Of a stretch of 64,000 nucleotides of DNA, positions 1 to 11,594 are shown one piece after another. Position 1 is the first letter of the stretch. Each line of letters begins with the position of its first letter. Made by a program: the position numbers and the translations under genes. The notes beneath the pieces were generated by a model, which did not search any database, had not been told where the DNA came from, and worked only from the letters and a program-made list of their open reading frames with translations. This stretch comes from Heterodontus francisci (Eukaryota). The stretch spans positions 84,594,179-84,658,178 of the forward strand of contig NC_090389.1 in assembly GCF_036365525.1 (NCBI RefSeq), read 5' to 3'.

Positions 1-353
1 CCTGTAATCCCCCCCTCCCCCCTCCGTTCCAGAATGCGGAGCTGAGACCCCTGCAATCCCCCCCTCCCTCCTCCATTTCGGAATACGGAGCTGAGACCCC
101 TGCAATCCCCCCCCCTCCCTCCTCCGGTCCAGAATGCGGAGCTGAGACCCCTGCAATCCCCCCCTCCCTCCTCCATTTCAGAATACGGAGCTGGGACCCC
201 TGTAATCCCCCCCTCCCCCCTCCGTTCCAGAATGTGGAGCTGAGACCCTTGTAATCCCCCCCTCCCCCCCTCCGTTCCAGAATGCGGAGCTGAGACCCCT
301 GTAATCCCCCACTCCCCCCCCTCCGTTCCAGAATGCGGAGCTGAGACCCCTGT
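1..353. repeat. Minisatellite, about 6 units of ~59 bp, C-rich on + strand; may continue left of the window
   Basis: Recurring unit CCTGTAATCCCCCCCTCCCCCCTCCGTTCCAGAATGCGGAGCTGAGACC with variable C-run lengths. Confidence 0.95.
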
Positions 354-367
354 ATATCTGGACTTAC

Positions 368-419
368 CTTCACTGTCCAGTATCCCTGCTTCTGATGCCC
401 CGTCTGGTTTTCTGTTCAT
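368..419 (-). CDS. Candidate first coding exon of an unidentified minus-strand gene running off the left edge (MNRKPDGASEAGILDSE, phase 1)
   Basis: ATG at 419-417, 17 open codons, then consensus donor GAAG|GTAAGT (GT at 367-366); at the edge of a CpG-rich island. Confidence 0.55.
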
Positions 420-720
420 GAACGTCACGACACGTGACGGCCGCCCGTTCGTCGCAAAATGGGGAAGTGCGAAGCAAGAGGCGGTGGGATGCATCAACTG
501 GAGAGGTAAGTACCATTTTACATATTCTAATTGGGGTGCCGCTGCCGAGTGGCAGGAGGGCCGCACCGAGGTCCCCCGCCACCGGTAATATGCGGCGGAC
601 TCTTCTCGCGCGGGTGTCGCAGAATTTACAGGCCCCCTGCCGTGACCCACGGCGTCGAGGGGCTTGTAAAGTTCAGCCTTTAGTCTCCAGACAGCCTCCC
701 GTGGCAATATCCAGGTGTAA
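414..720. promoter_or_regulatory. CpG-island-like bidirectional promoter with E-box/CLEAR-like CACGTGAC at 431-438
   Basis: Dense CpGs in otherwise CpG-poor non-repeat DNA; donor-terminated exons on both strands; inverted repeat CGTCACG-ACA-CGTGACG at 423-439. Confidence 0.7.
459..505 (+). CDS. Candidate first exon of a plus-strand transcript (MGKCEARGGGMHQLE, phase 2); may be non-coding
   Basis: Good Kozak context AAAATGG at 456-462 and consensus donor GAGAG|GTAAGT at 505/506; a second open frame starts at ATG 418. Confidence 0.45.
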
Positions 721-1110
721 TCTTCAGATATAGAAAAAAAAAATTGTATTTGCATATCAACTTGTGCTTAAATAACAGTAAAAGTGATTTGAACATCATT
801 GTGTGGAAAAATGACCAAAATATCCTGTAAGGGGTCACATTACCATCGATGTGGCGGAATTAGGTCACTTTGCCTCCACCATGTCAAATAATTTGATATT
901 TTGGCCCCAAATCATTTTATATAATTAAATAAGTTAATGTCCCATTACAACAGCAGAGAAAGGAGTTTTAAATAAATTCACTGAGAGATTATACCGCAAT
1001 AATCACTTTCTTCCATTTCAATCGACAGAAATTAGTTTCTAAGATTATTTTCAGACATTTGATTTTTGATATGCCTGTGCTTAATTTGCTCAGATTACAC
1101 AAGGCCGTCA

Positions 1111-1147
1111 CGGCCATTTTGTTCATGTCATTTGTTTCCATGGTGAC
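1111..1147. promoter_or_regulatory. YY1-like motif (CGGCCATTTTG, 1111-1121) and RFX X-box-like motif (GTTTCCATGGTGAC, 1134-1147)
   Basis: Visual match to known consensus motifs in unique DNA 0.6 kb from the CpG island. Confidence 0.4.
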
Positions 1148-1286
1148 GTTTGCCCATCTGCAGCATACTCTTCCCCGGCAACCCATCTTCAATTACACAC
1201 ATTATATTGGCTTATCTTTCCCACCACCTAAACTCTGCTCGATCCTACTCAATCTAAATGTTAATCCTTGTCATTTATATATATCC

Positions 1287-1580
1287 ACAACAACAATTTG
1301 CATTTTTATAGTGCCTCTAACATAGTAGAACGTCCCACAGCACTTCACAGAAGCGGATTATCAGACAAAATTTGACACCTAGCTACATAAGCAGCTATTA
1401 GGACAAAAGCATGGTCAAAGAGGTAGGTTTTAAGGAGCGTCTTAAAGGAGGAGAGAGAGGCGGAGAGGTTTAGGGAGGGAATTCCAGAGTTTAGGGCCTA
1501 GGCAACTGAAGGCACAGCTGCCAATGGTGGAGCGATTTAAATCAGGCATTGCTCAAGAGCCCAGGATTGGAGGAATGCCG
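1287..1580 (-). mobile_element. L2 LINE 3' fragment
   Basis: Reverse strand encodes degenerate AFSCLGPKLWNSLP and the L2-type 3' tail; many similar copies in the window. Confidence 0.8.
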
Positions 1581-2466
1581 TGAATCAGCATAGAATCAAT
1601 ATGGGGGCTGGGGAGACCTCGGCATTATCCTGAAAAAAATTTTCTTTAAAAACAATGTACTTTATTCCCCACATGAAAGATTTTCTAAAATTCCAAATCA
1701 TCCACAACCCAGTAGGCTGTTTGACTGAAAAGCTTTAATTTATTATGTAAATCTCATATATAATCATTTAACCTAACTGTTTAAGCTCCTTAAGCATTTA
1801 AAGACTGGGACTGAAGCTGTGGTCCGTCTCTTTGAAATAACAATTAATTCATTTCATTTCTTCTTCATATGGATTGGTGAATTGGGCCCAGGGGCCTTGT
1901 TCTCACTGTAAGGGGCCAGGGCCTATAATCTGCTTATTGAAGACATTACGAGCTATAGAATGCGAGAGATCATCCACCCTTTTCTTTCCTTATTGTTCCC
2001 TCTCTCAGCTCATTTGCAAGATCTTAAGACTCCAGGCTTCTTGCAGCTACTTGTAAGGAAGCTCAATTAAATTAGGCTGGATATAGAGAGGCTCATGTGG
2101 TAATGGAGAAAGTGAATGATTAAGATTCATGAGACGCGTGCTTTAACGTGGAAAGTTAATTCAAATCAGTTACATATGGAGACTTTGGAGAAAAGGAACA
2201 TTTTGTAAAGTAATCTGTGGGACACCTCAGCTTCCATACTGAAGTGCATTTGGTGGGTTTCTTAATAAATAGTCTCCAAACAATCTCACGATGTCCTTCG
2301 GGTGAATGAAAGGACTTGTATTTCTATTGCAACTTTCACAATCTCAGAACGTTCCAAAGCGCTTGATATCCAATGAAGTACTTTTTGAAGTGTAGTCACT
2401 GTTGTAATGTAGGAAATGTGGCAGCCAATTTTCACCCAGTAAGATCCCACAAACAGCAATGTCATA

Positions 2467-2800
2467 GGGAGATACAGCACTGAAACAGGCCCTTCGGCCC
2501 ACCGAGTCTGTGCCGACCATCAACGGCCCATCTATACTAATCCTACAACAATCCCATATTCCCTACCACATCCCCACCTTCCCTCAATTCTCCTACCTAC
2601 ACTAGGGGCAACTTACAATAGCCAATTTACCTATCAACCTGATCGGTCTCTGGCTGTGGGAGGAAACCAGAGCACCCAATGGAAACCCACGCAGTCACAG
2701 GGAGAACTTGCAAACTCCACACAGGCAGTATCCAGAACCGAACCCAGGTCACTGGAACTGTGAGGCTGTGGTGCTAATCACTGCGCCACTGTGCCGCCCA
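2467..2800 (-). mobile_element. HE1-type V-domain SINE
   Basis: tRNA-like head, V-domain core, CR1-like tail; flanking AATGTCATA (2458-2466) / AATGTGATA (2801-2809) TSD with one mismatch. Confidence 0.9.
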
Positions 2801-2970
2801 AATGTGATAATGATCAGATGATTTTTTTTTACTAATTTTGGTTGAGGGATAAATATTAGCCAGGACCGCTAGGGAGAACTCCCCTGCTCTTCTTCGAAAT
2901 ATTGCCATGGAATCTGTTACGTCCACATGAGAGAGCAAGACAGGGTTTAACGTTTCATCCGAAAGACAGC

Positions 2971-3726
2971 GGCCAGGATTTCACGCTTCTGGTGGGGAAC
3001 TCGATGTCCGGTAAAAGCGACACTGAGATCCCGGCATAGCCTCTTCTTCAGAAGACCTGCCAAATCTTGTGCCACTTAAGTGGACAGAAGTGGGCCTTCC
3101 ACAGGATCAAGGACCCTGTCACCAGAAGTCCCACCCTTGGAGAGCTGCCTGCCAATAAGAGGCCAACAGCTCTTCCACTGAGCAGCGCTACAGCAGAGGT
3201 GGTCGCTGATGCCAAAGGAGCACTTACTGGAGGCCCAGAACCGATGCTGGACCCAGGCCACAGGTAGGTCAGGGTGGGAGGAGACACACGACGTGGGGGT
3301 TGCGGAGGAGGGGGATGGGGGGTCGGGGGGGGGGGGGGGGTAGTTGCTCGCAAGGGCAGGGGGTTGGCCCTCAGCAGGCCCCCCCCCTTTCCTGATGCCG
3401 GGTCCCTCATTCAGGCATTAAGTGCCTTTTAATGAGGGACCCCCCCCTCCCCAGAGCCAGGAAACAGCCCGCACAATTTTTCCTGCCACATTTCCCGTGC
3501 AGCAACAGGGCCGTCAGCTGCACGGGTAATTGCGATGGCGGTGGAATGAGGCCCTTAATTGGGGATTAATTGCCCAGTTAAGGGCCTCAATTGGCGGCGG
3601 AGCAGGGTCTAAACTTCGTCAGAGGCGGCAGGCGCGGGCACCCCTCCCCCCACCATCATCATCCCACTTGATCATAGGCTCTCTCCACCTCCAAATCCAC
3701 CACACGGGACAGCATAAAACTCCCCC
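2971..3726. mobile_element. Non-autonomous Harbinger-like DNA transposon (MITE)
   Basis: GC-rich; degenerate terminal inverted repeats; AGC/AAC 3-bp flanks; same family as 35541-36374. Confidence 0.7.
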
Positions 3727-3986
3727 AACACCTCTGGCAGTGCTGCAATCCTTCTGTATTGCACTGGAGCATCAACTTATATTTTGTGTTCAAGTCCCTT
3801 TAATGAGGCTTGAACCCACAACCTACTGACTCAGAGGCAAGAGTGTTACCAACTGAGCCACGACTAAAACGTGGTTACCATGCCAAAGATAATTTGGCTG
3901 GAACATGCTGAAATAATTCTACCACTATTTTAAAATGATGCATTCTGCCTTTTTAAAAAAATCATTCCATTATAAAAATTCCTCTT

Positions 3987-5850
3987 AGAACATAAGAAAT
4001 AGGAGCAGGAGTAGGCCACACAGCCCCTCGAGTCTGCTCCGCCTTTCAATAAGAACATGGCTGATCTTTGACCTCAACTTTACTTTCCCGTTCTATCCCA
4101 TATCACTTGATTCTCTTAGCATCCAAATAATCTGTCTTGAATATACTCAACAACTGAACATCCACAGCCCTCTGGGATAGAAAATTCCAAAGATTCACAG
4201 CCCTCTGAGTGAAGACATTTCTCCTCATCTCAGTCCTAAATGTCTGACTCCTTATCCTGAGACTGACCCCTAGTTCCACAGTCCCCAGCCAGGGGAAACA
4301 TCTTTCCAGCATGTGTCCCACCAAGCTCCTGCCAAGAATTTTATATGTCTGAATGAAATCACCTCTCATTCTTCGAACTTCCAGAGAATATAAGGCTAGT
4401 CTACTCAATCTCTCTTCACAGGACAATCCCCTCATCCCAAGAATCAGTCTAGTAAACCTACATTGCACACCCTCTAAGGCAAGTATACCCTTCCTTAGAT
4501 AAGGAGACCGAAACTGTATACTGTAAGAGGTTCCATTCCCTCTTACGATAGTTCTTGGACTTGAGGAATTACAAGAACAAAATTGCACATGACACAGGGT
4601 TTTGGCTTAACCATAAATTTGTTGTTCTATTGAACCCAATAATATCCCTAATGCAGACACCTCTATGGTTAGTTGAAACAGAAATAAAACAAACTGTCCT
4701 CAGTACAAAACCTCCTGCAGTAACTTAAAATTGACACCCCAGTTTCCTGAACCCTTCAGCGATTTGACCACTGTTCCCAGTTACCCAAAACAAAGTCACT
4801 ATGACTTGGCTCAAACCTATAAATTTCAGGCAAAAACATTCCGCTTTTGTCCCAAAACTCTCAGACCAAGATCACTACAATTTGGCTGAAAACGCTTACA
4901 ATCGCCCACACGGTTGGTCATTACCGATGTTGATTGTAGGCCTGGATCTAGAGATGACCAGTCCCCATCCTTCTTCATATAACTTCACCCAGTCACTCTG
5001 ATGTGCTTTCTTTTTATAATAAACAACTCAGAACATCTCAAACATATTTCCTGTTGTTCATGCTGCTCAATGTCCAGCAGGTAACACATTTTAGTTTATT
5101 CCACGCATAGGCCAGATTAACATGATCAGCTCACACTGGGTGCAACAATACAGTCCTTCCATGGAAGAAATAACCCAGACAAACCTAATCAGCTCTCTTA
5201 TCATTTAAACAATCCTCCTGCTGTTTTGAGGCAATACAGTAAAAGCAGCTGGCCTAGGTTGATGAAGTTGTGAATGTCTCATCTCCCTCCTCGAGAGGAA
5301 TCATAGTTACAATAGCCAGATTCCAATACCATTGTCTATGATGGTGGCCTTATTATGATATCGATGGCATGTTCCTTGTACCATTGTGCAGGGAAATCAG
5401 TCTCTTAATTGTTTTAGCCAATGGCAGGTAATGGCTTTTCCTAGGTATCATTGTTCCATGATAGCACTCAGTCAATGTCTGAATCCTTTTTGAAGAGCCA
5501 TTGTCTTCTACTAAATGTCCAAATTAATCCCTTGCTGCCCAGCCCTGTGCTGTTGGCTGCAGTTTGGCTTATGTATTTTATAGTTCAAATATGAGGTCAA
5601 AACATGTCCGTGGGCCTGGATTCTAATATTCCATAAATTTCCCAGTTGGAGGGGATTCCGATCCTACAGTATAGTACTCTGGGTGTGGTCTTACCAAGGC
5701 CTTGTGTAATTGTAGTAAGCGTTCTTTACTCTTATATTCCAGTTCCTTTGTAATACCATTTGCTTTCCCAATTTCTTGCTGTACCTGCACATTAACATTC
5801 TGTGATTCGAGTAAAAGTACACCCAGGTCCCTCTGAATACCAACCGTTCT
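3987..5850 (-). mobile_element. CR1 LINE 3' fragment interrupted by a solo LTR
   Basis: ORF-track peptides LEGVQCRFTRLI..YSLEVRRMRGD and LVRPHPEYY lie on either side of 4522-5668. Confidence 0.9.
4522..5668. mobile_element. Solo LTR-like insertion (~1.15 kb)
   Basis: Termini TGTAAGA...TCCTACA; splits a collinear CR1; TSD degenerate (ATAC/GTAT). Confidence 0.7.
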
Positions 5851-6274
5851 CCTCATTTATAAGTCCACCTTTATAATGGAATTGCCCATACAAACTTGGC
5901 ACATTATAATTGCACTCTCCCACCAGAGATGTTGCTACAGACCTCCATGGGGTGGGTGGGGAGCAACTACAGTGTGACACGTTTACATACAAAATTTCTA
6001 TTAAAAATGTGGACTGATGCATTTTTACTGGCAAGTTGAAGCAGATACCAGGCTTTTTTAATGCATTATGTTAGTTTTAGTGAAAGATGTCAGGGCATCT
6101 GCAGAAAGAGCTAAAATTGACACATCGCACTTGAAGTAAATTTGTAACATAATGAAATGTTTCTAGAAGATTAGAATACTTCACCAAAGGTAAAGAATTT
6201 CCATCTGTGATAGTTTTGAACTGCAGCCCACACAGGGCAAGGAGAAAGAACGAACAACTCTCTCTTGGATTCTT

Positions 6275-6288
6275 GTTGCCAAGGCAAC
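6275..6288. promoter_or_regulatory. RFX X-box-like motif
   Basis: Near-perfect palindrome GTTGCCAAGGCAAC in non-repeat DNA. Confidence 0.45.
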
Positions 6289-7169
6289 GCAAAATGATCC
6301 AGCACTTTCATCATTTAAGCTGCAGTAGTCACTTAGGAACTTTGAGTCCTTTCAGATTGAAACACACAACCAACAAATATACAAATAAATATTACTGTCA
6401 GATATTATTTTTGACCAGTTTTAGTCCAACAAAACAGGCCTACATAAGCTGTAGTTATTGATAAAAAAAATTATATTGTAATTGTACACATACTCAAATT
6501 TTACTTCTAAAGAACAAAACACTGCTCTGGGTCAGAACAACTACTGTTGCCAATTTGCATCAATGACTTAGAGTCAGAAACACAATACACACTGGTCAAA
6601 TATTCAGTTGGTTACAAACAAGGACGCCCAGTGGAATCTCGCTGTGTGGGCGTATTTAAGGATCGAGTGAAATGGACTGGAAGCAATGAGGCACAGAGAA
6701 ATGGCCATCAAGCACAACGCCAAAAGATACATTAGTCACCGTCCATGCACCCAACAGATGGCCTGAGCATTCAATAGTGCCTGAGGCAGGTCAATGAGAC
6801 AGCTGACAATGGATGCAGGCGGACAAGGGAATCTCTCATCAAGTTCCATTGTCATTATGACATGCACTGCAATTTCCACAAGGAACCCATTTTGGTTGGC
6901 TAAACTCCATTAAGTTACAGATAGTATGCACCACCGTACCAAACACTAATAGGAGAGTGTGCGGAACACCAGAGGAAGAGAGTGCAATTCAATCCCACAG
7001 GTCAAGGTTTTAATACCACCATTTATGAGAACAAAGCACCTAACAAGAGTGCAAGGGTTAAGTGCTGATTGCAGAGATGTAGAAATGAAGGTTGTGAAGT
7101 TGCTCCGGGAAACCTTGCAAAGTGTGATTGATCATGTAGGCACCAGCAATCGTCTGGCAGAAATGAAGT

Positions 7170-7560
7170 GGATGGAACAGAGAAACGAGAGGAGGCCACT
7201 TAGCCCCTCCTCCCCCCGAGACTGCTCCACATTTCAATTAGATCTTGTTGGTCTTGTATCTCAGCTTAATTTTCCCGCCTTTGCTCCATATCCCTTGATA
7301 CTTAAAACCAGCATACATCTATTGATCTCTGTTTTTAAAGCTCCAATTGACTGCCTTTTGGGAGGGAGCGAAAGTTCCAGATTTCTACTACCCCTTGTGT
7401 GAAAGCATGCTGCCCGATTTCCCTCCTAAATGGCCCACTCCAATTTTAAGCTATGTCCCCTTGTTCTTGATTCTCCCATCAAGTGAAATAGTTTCCCTGT
7501 ATTTATCCCAACGAATCCATTTAACTTTTTAAACACACCGAACAGATCCCTCAACCTTCT
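7170..7560 (-). mobile_element. Degenerate CR1 3' end
   Basis: Peptide LFHLMGESRTRGHSLKL on the minus strand; CR1-like 3' UTR. Confidence 0.7.
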
Positions 7561-8084
7561 CCACTTAACAGCTGGCTCAGCGAAGGTATTGAAATATAAA
7601 ATGTAGAATTGTATTCCTTCTACGTTCTGGACCATCTCTGCGTGGAGGTGATTCAGTTATGGCGCCAGGTCCCGCTGTCCCTCTTTACATTGTGAATGGG
7701 TCTTTAACGTTACTGCGTGTTTCCCCAATATTCGAGGGGAGGTCCATACAATCCAGCAACGTGGAAACAACTTTAAACAAGGACAAGCGTGCAAAGTCAT
7801 TAACACCGCACCTCTGCCTCCGATGACATGTCTCTTAATGCAACTAACTCGATGCCATTGATTACAGCCTCCTAAGTAGTAAAAAATCCAAAGGAACATC
7901 ACAGGGAAGAGTGGGGGTCTGGAGAATTGGACATCTAGGCAAGATTTAGGGCAATAATTGGCCAAAGAGGGAAGGTAAGGGTGAAAAGAAGTGAGAAAGA
8001 AAGGGAAAGAGAAATTTAAAAAAAGACATGTAGAGAGAAAGAGAGCAAGAGAGGAGAGAAAAAGTGAAAGTAAGAGAAGAGAGT

Positions 8085-8437
8085 GTAATGTAGGAAACAC
8101 TGTACACTACAGGGCCCCACAAACAGTAAAGTGTTTCTGACTAGATAATACGTTTCAGTGATATTGATTGTGGGATAAATATTGGCCAGGACACTGGGCA
8201 GAACTCGTCTGCACTTCTTCAAAATTGTGCCATGGGATCTTTTATGTCCACCTGAGATGGCAGAAGGAGACTTGGTTTAACATCTCGTCTGAAAGACAAA
8301 TTCTCCAATAGCAAAACACTTCCTTGAAGTGTCAGCCTATAAGCCTATATTATAGGCTCATGTATCTGGATTGGAAATTAAACCCAAAACCTTCAGACTC
8401 TGAGGTAAGAGTGTTACCAACTGAGCTAAAGCTGACA
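8085..8437 (-). mobile_element. Deu-domain SINE copy
   Basis: GGGATAAATATTGGCCAGGACAC core and tRNA-like head. Confidence 0.8.
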
Positions 8438-9117
8438 TATAGTCCAAAACAAAGGAACATGCAGGACCAGAAAAGATCACAGCAGTCCATCTGGGCAGTC
8501 TGTGTGTTCAGGAAATATTGCATCCCACAGTATCTCGTACCTCTCTATCGTCGAACGTGTTTGCTGTTTCCTCCAAGATTCTCCTTCCTTATCTTCTTCT
8601 CAATGGTGCCAATTCATCCACGGGTACAGCTCCGCTGGCACTAACCATCATCCAATGATACACCTATTCCACTTGTGAGCCGAGAGATCACCCTGTTTAC
8701 CTGACAGCTTGGAGCATCTGGGATGCAGCTCAGTGTGGCTTTAAAGATGGGGATCAACTGAATTCAGCTCAGATCCACATTTTTAAGTCTAAAAAAAGAG
8801 CAAAAGGAATTTTGCTACAACTCTGTAATAACTCACATCCAATCACATTAGCCAGAAAACAATAAGAAATGTCTCATGTGGCACCCAGATGTGATGCCAT
8901 TCAAGCTGGTGAGATGGCACGGAGGTGAATTAAATTTTCATGCAGCTCTTTAGCAATGACAGGAAGGGAGGGCGGCTGCCACAATCATACATCATTTCAC
9001 ATGATAGAATGTCAACATCTCTCGTTGCATTGCTGAAGCGATTCTCAACTCAGTCCTGACAAGATGGGAAACATAATCGATTCAAAGTAGTGCGTGGTTT
9101 GTTCTTAACTCAGTCTT

Positions 9118-9831
9118 GGGCCGGGATTTCATGATGAGGTGGTGGCCCAGCCCACCAACTGAAAAGCTGTATGACTATTTTCCCCGGCCCAGGCCTTTAA
9201 TTAGCTGCAGTCGGGACTTCGACCCCTCTGAGGCAGGAAGTACCACCTCCAAGAGCTGACGGCCTATCAGAGGGCTGGCAGCTCTTCAGTCCCAGCAGTG
9301 CCACCAGGAGCAGTGGCCACTGCTGGGATTATTCCCGATGTGAGAGCAACATGGACATCAGCCTTCAGAGAGGCAAATGGGGGTCAGGCCTTGCCGGGGT
9401 CAGTTGGCTAGGCCCTGGCAAACGGCGGGTGGGGTTGGGTCAGAGAGCAGGGCAGAGGGGTAGTTTTAGTATGGGTGGCCCGTGCGGCTGGTGGGGGGGC
9501 CCTCCGTGGGGCACAGGGTGCTTGATCAACGGGCCCCCTGCCCCCAACCAATAAGGAGGCCACCAGGTATTACTGGGCGGCCTTCTCAGGTACGGGACTG
9601 GCCGTCTGCAGCTGCTAGAATACCAGCAGTGGTGGGAAGTGGTCCTGAAGTGACAGTGAATTGGCCACTTAGGTGCTGCAATTGGCCTAAGGGCGGGCAA
9701 GCAGCTTGCCACTTACCCCACCGCTGGTGAAATAGCAGTGGGGGTGGGTAGGCATGGCACCCCCCTGCCTCTCACTCAATTTTACTGCCCCGCCTCCTAG
9801 CCCGTTCCCGGGGGTGGCGTAAATCCCAACC
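9118..9831. mobile_element. Harbinger-like MITE
   Basis: Ends GGGCCGGGATTTCA / TAAATCCCAACC form an imperfect inverted repeat; GC-rich interior resembles 2971-3726. Confidence 0.65.
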
Positions 9832-10086
9832 TTTGTTTTTCTTCCACTCACCTCACAAACACACAAGATGGTGAGACCGACAGAAGTGCTGGAGGCTACC
9901 TGCACCAGCCTTATTCACCCATTACACATAAACCTTACAGGTACCCCCTTCACACCATGCAATTGTCTTGTTGTGATTGCCCGACTTCATAACCAAGCAT
10001 TCCTTTCAACAACAGCTTGCATTTATGTAGCACCATTACTATAGTTAAAACATCACAATATGCTTCACAGGAACATTATCAAACAA

Positions 10087-11590
10087 AATTGATTGAATTC
10101 TTTGATGAGATAGCAGAGAAGGTTGATCAAGGAAGTGTAATAGATGTTGTATATATGGGCTCTCGGAAGACATTCGACCAAGTGCCACACAGGAAGCTTA
10201 TTAAGATGGAATAAAAGGGAAAATTGTAGTATGGTTTAGTGACAGGAAGAAAAGGGCGATAGATGGATGTTTCTCAGACTGGGCGGTGGTTTGCAGTGGT
10301 GTTCCCCAAGGGTCAATTTTGGGTCCATTACTCTTTTCAATTTTTATTAACAGCCTAGATTCAGGTGTGGGAAACAGCATTATAAAGTTTGCAAATGATA
10401 CTAAACTTGGCAAAGTAGTAGATAATGATGAGGATAGTTACAGGCTACAGGATGACATAGACCGTGTGATGGAGTCTGCAGTCTGCTGGACCAGTGGGGG
10501 AGCATGTGTGAGCTGTTGTCTGAACAGATGTCTTGTTGAATGTTCTGTTAGATGCACTGACCCTGGTTTTAAAGCTTGATTTTTTTTATAGACAGATCTA
10601 ACCGAAAAGGAAACTAAAACTACAGGTTTCTGGAGAAACAAAAACTAGTTGGAACCAGATTAAAAACACAGAGCCATTCAAGCTCAGATCACAAAGGGGT
10701 GGAGTGCTGACATGCTCATGCAAGGAGAAATTATGAACTATATAATGAATTTATGGAACAAACACAGACAGACTCGAAGCGTGCCAAAGTGGCCCAGATT
10801 CAAACTGACCAATCAGGAGAAAGGATTGTGACCAGCGACGATGGTGCATGAATGAAGTGGCAGCGTGCTCTGACTATAATTGGTGCCATATATGCTGAGA
10901 CGACAGTCCAGTAAATCCATGTTATCTATCTTTGTTGTACCTGATAGTTAATGTGTAATTTGAAGTACATATAATGACCATGATTTGTCTGTTAATTCAT
11001 GTTTAATTTATGTTGATTTTGGTCTGATTGCTAAAGTAAAAGTTATAAAAGTAAATCTTTCTGATTTTGTTTATTGGGATCGTTCGGTAAATTCGATTCT
11101 TTAGGTTTGTTGATCTCCATGAAGATCATAACAAAGGGTATAGGGGAGGTTTACTAGGAGTGTTAACAGGGATGAGGGACTTTTTTAGAAGGAGAAATTG
11201 GAAAAGTTCAGACCTTTCTCCTTGGAACAGAGCAGGTTAAAAAGTTTTTAAGATAATGAGATGTTTTGATCGATTAAATGGAAAAAAGATAGTCCGTTTG
11301 CCAATTGGTCAAAAACTAGATGTCATAGATTCAAAATCATTAGCAAAAGATCTGGAGGGGAGATGAGGAGAAATATTTTTCACTGAGTTGTCAGGATCTG
11401 AAAGGCTCTACCTGAAAATGAGCTAGAAGCTGATTCCATAAATAATTTTAAAAGGGAACTGGACAAGTCCTTGAGGATGAGGAACATAGAGTTAAAAAGT
11501 AGGGATATGGGACTAAGCATGCCTGCTGTTTCCAAGAGCTGGTAAGGCGCGATGGGATGAATGGCCTCCTTCTGTGCTGTAGGTTTCTAC
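10087..11590 (+). mobile_element. CR1 RT fragment interrupted by an LTR
   Basis: SGVPQGSILGPLLFSIFIN..IKFANDTKLG RT motifs; the CR1 3' part resumes after 11133. Confidence 0.9.
10465..11133. mobile_element. Solo LTR-like element (669 bp)
   Basis: TGTGATG...CATAACA termini; no TSD, and the adjacent CR1 sequence appears deleted. Confidence 0.6.
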
Positions 11591-11594
11591 GATT

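Larger units (their letters stand above)
2308..3865 (-). mobile_element. Deu-domain (SacSINE1-type) tRNA-head SINE split by two younger insertions
   Basis: Segments ~2308-2466, 2801-2970 and 3727-3865 join into the same element seen intact at 62803-63250. Confidence 0.85.

Noticed and set aside
1-353. Regularly spaced repeats resembling a CRISPR array
   Set aside because: Whole units repeat with no unique spacers; eukaryotic context; no cas genes
3048-3829. Several GC-rich ORFs (120 aa, 99 aa)
   Set aside because: Lie within a MITE; low complexity; no recognisable domain
7659-7826. 55-aa ATG ORF (MAPGPAVPLY..) in a mildly CpG-rich unique patch
   Set aside because: No splice signals or recognisable homology; length compatible with chance
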